From Marine Group II euryarchaeote MED-G34 (GTDB lineage: Archaea; Thermoplasmatota; Poseidoniia; Poseidoniales; Thalassarchaeaceae): DNA of 64,000 nt. Below, in pieces: positions 57,616 to 64,000 of this stretch. The notes beneath the pieces were generated by a model that did no database searches, was not told where the DNA came from, and worked only from the letters and a program-made list of their open reading frames with translations. The position numbers and the translations under genes were made by a program. The DNA is taken from positions 15,269-79,268 of the forward strand of contig NTJT01000001.1 of NCBI GenBank assembly GCA_002457605.1, in the 5' to 3' direction. Positions within the stretch are counted from its first letter, which is position 1, and every line of letters begins with the position of its first letter.

Positions 57616-59213
57616 TAGACGACCCTCTGTCAGTAATCACACTCGTCCCATTGGCTATGGGACTAATCTTGATGATACTCCCGAGAGTTCTTCCGAATTC
57701 ATCTGCAGAGGGGCTAATACGAGTTTCAAGGAACATCAGCATGGGCGTCGCCCTTGCTATAGCTACTATCACGACCATGTTGTTCCTAGGCCAAGTAGGC
57801 AGCATCGACTGGACTAATATCACGCAAGGCGGATACGTTCTCCAGAATGAAGCGGTTGACCTCATTCCCGCCATTGGCGTTACTTGGAAGGTCGGGGCTG
57901 ACGCCCTTTCCTTCCCGATGATTTGGCTGACTGCCATTCTCATACCAATCTCGATGCTGGTTGAATGGGATGCCAAGCGAGGACACCTCTTCTTCCCACT
58001 GCTGTTGGTGATGGAGGGTGCCCTACTGGGTGTATTCGTAGTTCTCGACCTGTTCGTATTCTATGTGTTCTGGGAGCTGACCCTGATTCCGATGTTCCTC
58101 CTGATTCTACTCTGGGGTGGGGAAGATCGGCGCTATGCGGCGATGAAGTTCTTCATCTATACATTCACAGCCAGTGTCTTCATGCTCATCGGAATTCTCG
58201 TGATGTACTTCCATACAGAAGCTATAGCAGGTTTGGGAAGTCTGTCCGGCCATCACTTCGACCTCGTGGCCATGACTGCTCAAGAGAATCTGATTCCGAG
58301 CGAGGGGCTGAGGCACTTCGTCTGGCTTCTCCTGTTAATTGGATTCGCTACCAAAATGCCCAGCGTACCTGTGCATACATGGCTGCCTGATGCCCACGTT
58401 CAGGCTCCGACGGCAGGTTCGATGTTGTTGGCCGGAGTGATGCTGAAGATGGGAGCTTATGGATTCCTGAGAATCTCAGTCACAGTATTCCCCGAGTCTA
58501 CCATAGAGTTCGTACCCCTGTTGATTTTCCTTGGGATGGTCAGCCTCGTATACGGCGCATGGGTGTGCATGGGACAGACCAATCTCAAGCGAATGGTTGC
58601 CTATTCATCAGTCTCCCACATGGGTCTGATTTTCCTCGGTATCGCCACTATGCAGCCGTTGGGTTTCGCTGGTGCACTGTTCATGATGTTCGCTCACGGA
58701 ATAATCAGCCCGCTGCTATTCGCTGTGGCTGGGGCGTTCAAGCACCACTATCATACTCTGGAAATCGGATCGATGCGCGGTATTGCGCACCACAGCCCCT
58801 GGTTGGCTGCCCATATGATGCTCGGCTGGATGGCTAGTCTTGGACTCCCTCTCCTAGCCGGATTCGTCGCTGAAATCGCCATATTGATTGCATTCTGGAT
58901 GACCTATGGATGGTTAGTTCTACTACCTGCACTAACCCTGATTGTCACTGCAGTCTACTACCTGAATTCGATGCAGAGGACCATCTTTGAGTCCAACGAT
59001 CCTGAGCAAGGCATACTCCCGGAAACTCTGCATGGCGAAGATCCCAGTGACCTGACCTGGCACGAGAATGCTGGGATGATGACTCTCGCAGCGATGACGG
59101 CGCTGTTCGGTATTATGCCATTCATCTTCTGGGACATGATGTCGAACTGGAGTTCTGGATTTGTCATCGACACTATGATTGAAGCCATGCAGACACAGGA
59201 GTGGAGTCCATGA
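57612..59213 (+). CDS. nuoM: Complex I-like subunit M
   Basis: FYVFWEL.LIPM, KMP.VPVHTWLPDAHVQAPT, LKMGAYG, AYSSVSHMG; TTG start overlapping the nuoL stop. Confidence 0.95.
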   Translation: MIDDPLSVITLVPLAMGLILMILPRVLPNSSAEGLIRVSRNISMGVALAIATITTMLFLGQVGSIDWTNITQGGYVLQNEAVDLIPAIGVTWKVGADALSFPMIWLTAILIPISMLVEWDAKRGHLFFPLLLVMEGALLGVFVVLDLFVFYVFWELTLIPMFLLILLWGGEDRRYAAMKFFIYTFTASVFMLIGILVMYFHTEAIAGLGSLSGHHFDLVAMTAQENLIPSEGLRHFVWLLLLIGFATKMPSVPVHTWLPDAHVQAPTAGSMLLAGVMLKMGAYGFLRISVTVFPESTIEFVPLLIFLGMVSLVYGAWVCMGQTNLKRMVAYSSVSHMGLIFLGIATMQPLGFAGALFMMFAHGIISPLLFAVAGAFKHHYHTLEIGSMRGIAHHSPWLAAHMMLGWMASLGLPLLAGFVAEIAILIAFWMTYGWLVLLPALTLIVTAVYYLNSMQRTIFESNDPEQGILPETLHGEDPSDLTWHENAGMMTLAAMTALFGIMPFIFWDMMSNWSSGFVIDTMIEAMQTQEWSP

Positions 59214-60907
59214 GTTCGATGATTAGCGACATGGACCTGGCCACTACTCAACTCATCCTGCCCGAGTTACTGATGCTTGGCGGTATCCTCACGATGATAC
59301 TTGTCCCGAATTTCGGGAATGCGACGATGCGAATCCCACTGACGAGTATCCGAATTCCGGTTCTGTTCGGTGGCACCAGATTCGCTACTACTAACAATCC
59401 AAAACTCCCGAATCAGATAGCGACGACCACCCTCGCTCTAGCATTCATGACTTCCTTACTATTCCTAAGCGAAGAGGGTGAGGTAGGCAACTCACTGTAC
59501 GTGAACGAGTTCAGTCGGATATTCACTCTTGTATTCACCACTGCACTCCTGCTTGCCTCTCTAGCGACGACTGCTCGACTACCTGCTAGGCCAACGGCTT
59601 CGGCACCACTCGACACTGATTCTATAGCCAACTCTGATGCCAAGGTCAACGCGCTGATAGACAATCGACGACAGGTCGATTTCCACATCTTACTGCTTAC
59701 CACAGGGCTCGGGATGAGCTTGATGGCAATGGCAACTAATCTGTTCATGCTGTTCGTGTGTCTTGAGCTTGCATCACTGTCATCCTACATCCTCGTGGCA
59801 TTCCACAAAGAGACTGATGTTGGTGGAGAGGCCGGCACGAAGTACTTCATTGTCGGCTCAGTAGTCTCAGCGATTGGCATCTACGGGATGTCGCTGCTGT
59901 ATTTATGGAACGGCAGTCTTGACATGACCGATCTAGCAGCCTCATGGGATGCGATGGAAGGAATGGATCCGTTGGCGACCATCGGCGTCGGCCTGATGCT
60001 GGTCGCATTTGGCTTCAAGGTCGGTGCAGCCCCATTCCATCTGGCCGTTCCCGATGCCTACGCCGGCGCATCTTCTCCGGTCGCAGGAGTACTGGCAACG
60101 GCCTCTAAGGCGATGGGTTTTGTCGCCCTCATGCGACTCCTACTCGTGGTTACAATGCCCTCAACAGGGCAGGCCTTCTGGTTTCTCACACTGGCGATAG
60201 TCGCCGTGGTGACGATGACTTGGGGCAACCTCGCAGCGCTAACCAGCGATAACCCGAAGCGGATACTAGCCTATTCTAGCGTAGCCCACGCAGGATACAT
60301 TCTCGCAGCACTCGCTGCAATTGGCTCTGGACTAGCCGACTCAGACATGTCCACGCTCATAGTCACCGCTGTGGTGTTCCATCTCGTCGTGCTTGTGCTG
60401 TTCAAGTTGGGCGCCTTCCTAATTCTCTCGATGCTTGAGGCAGAAGGCAAGGGTCACAAGATGGAGGACCTACATGGACTGGGTCGACGCGATCCTGTAA
60501 TCGCAGCGTCTATGTTTGTGTTCATGCTTTCTCTCGCTGGGGTCCCGCCACTCTCCGGTTTTCTCTCCAAACTGCTGATGATTAACGGAATAGTCAACGT
60601 ATCAGCTGGCACCAGCTCTGCATCAGCGGCCACCGCGCTATCTTGGGCACAGGGGGTTGACCCGGTGTTCTGGCTCGCAGTCGCCATCGTGCTGAACAGT
60701 GCACTGTCACTGTTCTACTACCTAAGAATCGGCTTGGTGATGTTCTTTGAGTCTCCAGTCACTGATAATCCCCTCAAGCGCTCCTCATCTCTGAGGATGG
60801 CCATCATCGCATGTGCCATGCTGACACTACTCTTCGGAATTGGTCCGTTGAGCAACTCACTGCTCGACATGGTAGGCTCCGCAGTCGACTCCTTCATGGG
60901 TAGTTGA
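59210..60907 (+). CDS. nuoN: Complex I-like subunit N
   Basis: ELASLSSY, EAGTKYF, FKVGAAPFH..PDAY, KRILAYSSVAHAGY, SLAGVPPL.GF. Confidence 0.94.
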   Translation: MSSMISDMDLATTQLILPELLMLGGILTMILVPNFGNATMRIPLTSIRIPVLFGGTRFATTNNPKLPNQIATTTLALAFMTSLLFLSEEGEVGNSLYVNEFSRIFTLVFTTALLLASLATTARLPARPTASAPLDTDSIANSDAKVNALIDNRRQVDFHILLLTTGLGMSLMAMATNLFMLFVCLELASLSSYILVAFHKETDVGGEAGTKYFIVGSVVSAIGIYGMSLLYLWNGSLDMTDLAASWDAMEGMDPLATIGVGLMLVAFGFKVGAAPFHLAVPDAYAGASSPVAGVLATASKAMGFVALMRLLLVVTMPSTGQAFWFLTLAIVAVVTMTWGNLAALTSDNPKRILAYSSVAHAGYILAALAAIGSGLADSDMSTLIVTAVVFHLVVLVLFKLGAFLILSMLEAEGKGHKMEDLHGLGRRDPVIAASMFVFMLSLAGVPPLSGFLSKLLMINGIVNVSAGTSSASAATALSWAQGVDPVFWLAVAIVLNSALSLFYYLRIGLVMFFESPVTDNPLKRSSSLRMAIIACAMLTLLFGIGPLSNSLLDMVGSAVDSFMGS

Positions 60908-60951
60908 TTAGGTATGCTCAACTTCACATAGGGGACTCTCGACGCAGCCCC

Positions 60952-61470
60952 ATGGCCCGTAGGGAAGAGAAGGTCGACACAGAACTTCTAGCTCGGCTAG
61001 AATCCGGTGGCGACCGCATCCGCGTCCCCCTTCCAAACCGGAAGGTGAACGAGATGTTTGCAATCGCCGACCAGATTCTCGGTGGCCGCAGGGTCAGGGC
61101 AGTCTGTGAGGATGGCGATAGCCGCCTCGCTCGCATCCCAGGTAAGATGCGACGCCGGCAGTGGGTGCGCGAGGGCGATCTCATCGTGGTACAGCCTTGG
61201 GACTTCCAAGATGAGAAGGCCAATGTTTGCATGCGCTACACCAAGACACAGTCTCTCTACCTCTCTAGAAAGGGAGTGCTCCCAGAGATTGTGGATTTGT
61301 TTGGCATGTCCAATCTTGAGGAAGTAGAAGGCATCGACATCGAGACTACGGACGACGAGAAGTCACCCGAGAATGAGTCCGAACCACAGGTAACGGAAAC
61401 TATCGAGTCCGAACCTGAAACCACTCCGACCCAAGCTCCTGAGGATGACATAGATTCGTTCTTTGGGTGA
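60952..61470 (+). CDS. eif1a: Translation initiation factor aIF-1A with acidic tail
   Basis: RVPLP, LGGRR..CEDG..RLARIPGKMRRR.WVREGD..V.PWDFQ. Confidence 0.92.
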   Translation: MARREEKVDTELLARLESGGDRIRVPLPNRKVNEMFAIADQILGGRRVRAVCEDGDSRLARIPGKMRRRQWVREGDLIVVQPWDFQDEKANVCMRYTKTQSLYLSRKGVLPEIVDLFGMSNLEEVEGIDIETTDDEKSPENESEPQVTETIESEPETTPTQAPEDDIDSFFG

Positions 61471-61474
61471 GAGT

Positions 61475-62356
61475 ATGTCGGATGAGATGGACGACTTTCC
61501 AGAACTCGACGCCCTGATGAGAGCGGAGAAGAAGCACGACTGGATGTCCGAGCCGCGCTTCAAGCGAATGTTCGATGAGATTGAGGATGGCCTGCAAGGA
61601 GTTCTCGGTAAGGGACGATACGAGTGGGTCGATAGACGAGTCTTTGATCAGGTCTTCGATCGCTCTACTCTGCTGGCGGTTCACAAGCTAATGCAGAAGG
61701 GAAAAATCGAGACAATCGACTACCCGATAGCTAGAGGCAAGGAGGCGCATGTTTTCCACGCTACCACCAATCATGGTCCAGTGGCCGTCAAGATATTCCA
61801 CACAACCAATGCGGTATTCAAGGGTCTGGCGAAGTACATCGACGGTGACCCGAGGTTCTCAGGCCTGTCACGCAGGCACCGCGAACTGGTGAACATCTGG
61901 GTGCGTAAGGAGTTACGAAACCTCAAGCGCATGCGTAAGCATGGACTACGTGTCCCGGAACCGATTGACAGTCTGAAGAATGTCCTCGTAATGGAATATA
62001 TCGGCGATGATAGGGGCGCCAGCCCCCGACTCAAGGACATCACCATCGATAAGCCATACGAGGTCTTCGAGGACCTGCTCGAGTTCGTAGCGATTAACTG
62101 GCAGACATGTGAACTCGTACACGCTGACTTCAGCGAATACAACATCCTCTGGCTCGACGGAGAGCCATGGATCATCGATGTCGGCCAAAGCGTAACCCGG
62201 CAACACCCCAGTTCAGAGGAGTTCCTAATCAGGGACGTGACTAGGCTAGTCGATTGGATAAATCGACAGGGACACAGCGTAGACCTAGCCGAAAGTCTAG
62301 CTAGAGTGCTCGACGACCCGGTTCCCTCACTCCCTTCGCTCTCGGGCGGAGATTAA
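61475..62356 (+). CDS. rio1: RIO1 serine kinase
   Basis: GKEAHVF, AVKIF, YIDGDPRF, LVHADFSEYN, IIDVGQS; aIF-1A-rio1-KH synteny. Confidence 0.92.
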   Translation: MSDEMDDFPELDALMRAEKKHDWMSEPRFKRMFDEIEDGLQGVLGKGRYEWVDRRVFDQVFDRSTLLAVHKLMQKGKIETIDYPIARGKEAHVFHATTNHGPVAVKIFHTTNAVFKGLAKYIDGDPRFSGLSRRHRELVNIWVRKELRNLKRMRKHGLRVPEPIDSLKNVLVMEYIGDDRGASPRLKDITIDKPYEVFEDLLEFVAINWQTCELVHADFSEYNILWLDGEPWIIDVGQSVTRQHPSSEEFLIRDVTRLVDWINRQGHSVDLAESLARVLDDPVPSLPSLSGGD

Positions 62357-62382
62357 AACAGGGCGGCGGGTCGGCCGCAGTC

Positions 62383-63114
62383 GTGGAGTATCTGGCACGC
62401 ATCCCGCAGGACCGCATTGCCGTGCTGATAGGCAAGGGCGGTGAGACCCGTCGTATGATTGAGGAGGCTTGTGGGGCGACCCTCGAAATTGACTCGAAGA
62501 GTGGTGAAGTGATGGCAGAATGGGGTGATGAGGGTGCAGACCCAATCGTCCGCATGAAGATGCCCGATGTCATAGTGGCCATCGGTCGTGGATTGGCTCC
62601 TAAGCGAGCCGTGCAGTTGATTCGGGACGAAGTATTTCTCAAGATGTACGATATCCGTGAGTGGGCCGGCAGGCAGCCCAATCAGACCCGTAGGATGAGG
62701 AGCAGACTGATTGGCAGGAACGGCCGTATCCGCAGCTTGATAGAGGAGATTTCCAGCTGTGAGATGGCGATATATGGCTCTACTGTACTGGTCATTGGAG
62801 ATGAGGACGGCCTCGCTCTGGCTGCACCCGCAATCGAAGGGATACTGCGCGGCTCTGAGCACAGTACTATCCTACACGGACTCGAGCAAGATCGTAAGCG
62901 ACAGAGGCTACGCTCACGCAGGCTTGAGAGCTATGAGGAACACAGTCCTGATGAATCATCCACCTTCGAAACACTGGTCCCAGGGCTGGCAGAGGCACGT
63001 AGACGCAGGGAGCGTCGTTACAGGGACTCACAGGTCGACCCCGACGACGAAGAGGAAGTCAGCAGCATGTTGGATCTCGCAGATGATGAAGAAATTGTCT
63101 ACGAGGAAGAGTGA
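62383..63114 (+). CDS. KH-domain rRNA processing protein (Dim2/Pno1-like)
   Basis: RIAVLIGKGG, AIGRG, RLIGRNGR, GSEH. Confidence 0.9.
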   Translation: MEYLARIPQDRIAVLIGKGGETRRMIEEACGATLEIDSKSGEVMAEWGDEGADPIVRMKMPDVIVAIGRGLAPKRAVQLIRDEVFLKMYDIREWAGRQPNQTRRMRSRLIGRNGRIRSLIEEISSCEMAIYGSTVLVIGDEDGLALAAPAIEGILRGSEHSTILHGLEQDRKRQRLRSRRLESYEEHSPDESSTFETLVPGLAEARRRRERRYRDSQVDPDDEEEVSSMLDLADDEEIVYEEE

Positions 63115-63157
63115 CTCACACCGCCATGCATAAGCGTAGCGCACTTCACGGAATACC

Positions 63158-64000
63158 GTGTCTAATCCCCTTGAAGAGATGTATGACTACGAGGAGTGGG
63201 CCACAAAACTCCTGTTTCTCGTCACTGGACTGGTCTTCGGTGGCGTCGCACTGAACGTCCTAGGCGTGGATAACCCCCTGACCGACTTTCTCTACGAGTA
63301 CTACTTCGATCCGGTGATCAGTGAGTCTAGCGGCGATGCCGGCTACAACGAAGTCAACACCATGACCTATGCGGCCCTGCTCATTTTGTTTGCCATTGCC
63401 CTCTCTGCATGGCTCCGTTATCTGGGGTTAGATGACAGCGATGCTATGATACTGGCACTGCTGCCCTATGTCCTATGGGCAGTTCTCGGTGAAATCGTGG
63501 AGGATGCCAACATGTTCGATGCCTCACTCGAGTCCTATTTCGTCAGCCCCGGCATCCACTTCCAAACAGCAGCATGGGTCATCATCGCTGGGGCTTTCGG
63601 ATACCTAATCTCCAACAGCGATTCTGTGTCGGAAGAAGACATGATATCCAAGGTTGATAGCGCTGCGACGATTCTTATTCTCGCACAGATTGTTATCTAC
63701 TACACCTCTATCGATGCCGGTTCAGTTACTTCTTCTGCAGGCTTCGACGATACTGCAATGGTGGTGTGCTTCATCGTCGCCCTGCTCGTACCTACTCTGA
63801 TGATCAATAAACCGTTATTCGGCTTCACGCTCGTCCAGCGCTGTGTCTTCATAGTCGGTCTGGGAGGATCAATCGCGCTTTTCGGGCCCCTGCTTTCGTT
63901 TGGTATCAGCAACCCCGACCAAGTCATACTATGGCCGTTGGCAGTAGTCATCGGTGCGCCGGCAGTGCTCGTCTACCAGATGTATCAAACTGGTCTTCCA
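63158..64000 (+). CDS. DUF63 family membrane protein, partial (runs off window)
   Basis: Manual translation from GTG 63158: ...[25 protein letters not shown]..., followed by many TMs; GYNxVNT motif. Confidence 0.75.
   Translation, partial: MSNPLEEMYDYEEWATKLLFLVTGLVFGGVALNVLGVDNPLTDFLYEYYFDPVISESSGDAGYNEVNTMTYAALLILFAIALSAWLRYLGLDDSDAMILALLPYVLWAVLGEIVEDANMFDASLESYFVSPGIHFQTAAWVIIAGAFGYLISNSDSVSEEDMISKVDSAATILILAQIVIYYTSIDAGSVTSSAGFDDTAMVVCFIVALLVPTLMINKPLFGFTLVQRCVFIVGLGGSIALFGPLLSFGISNPDQVILWPLAVVIGAPAVLVYQMYQTGLP

Noticed and set aside
1-64000. CRISPR arrays, IS elements, rRNA, defence systems
   Set aside because: No repeat-spacer periodicity, transposase or integrase motifs, or rRNA-sized non-coding gaps seen

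Overview
Gene-dense archaeal chromosomal window, most likely Marine Group II euryarchaea (Ca. Poseidoniales, Thermoplasmatota). The taxon is inferred from gene content and style, not from a search. Archaeal markers include pus10-rpl21e-rpo4-DUF655-ksgA, rpl15e, aIF-1A-rio1-KH, an FtsZ2-type ftsZ and an intron-containing tRNA-Tyr. The window also holds central-metabolism and repair genes (pgk, gpmA, PMM/PGM, nnr, ridA, uppS, hisS) and a surface M14 carboxypeptidase coupled to an NSS symporter. A ~15 kb cluster (34.2-48.9 kb) encodes five exported or membrane-anchored proteins, including an S8 protease with a C-terminal RING-like finger. A complex I-like operon has nuoABCDHIJ(split)KLMN but no nuoEFG. 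I found no mobile elements, CRISPR arrays or rRNA. The most interesting signals are: (1) the surface-protein cluster with cytoplasmic Zn-binding tails; (2) a Tudor/SH3-like insert plus a basic tail in NuoI, a possible built-in electron-donor dock; (3) recurrent perfect C(NNN)G triloop inverted repeats in intergenic DNA; (4) two small ORFs missed by the ORF track.
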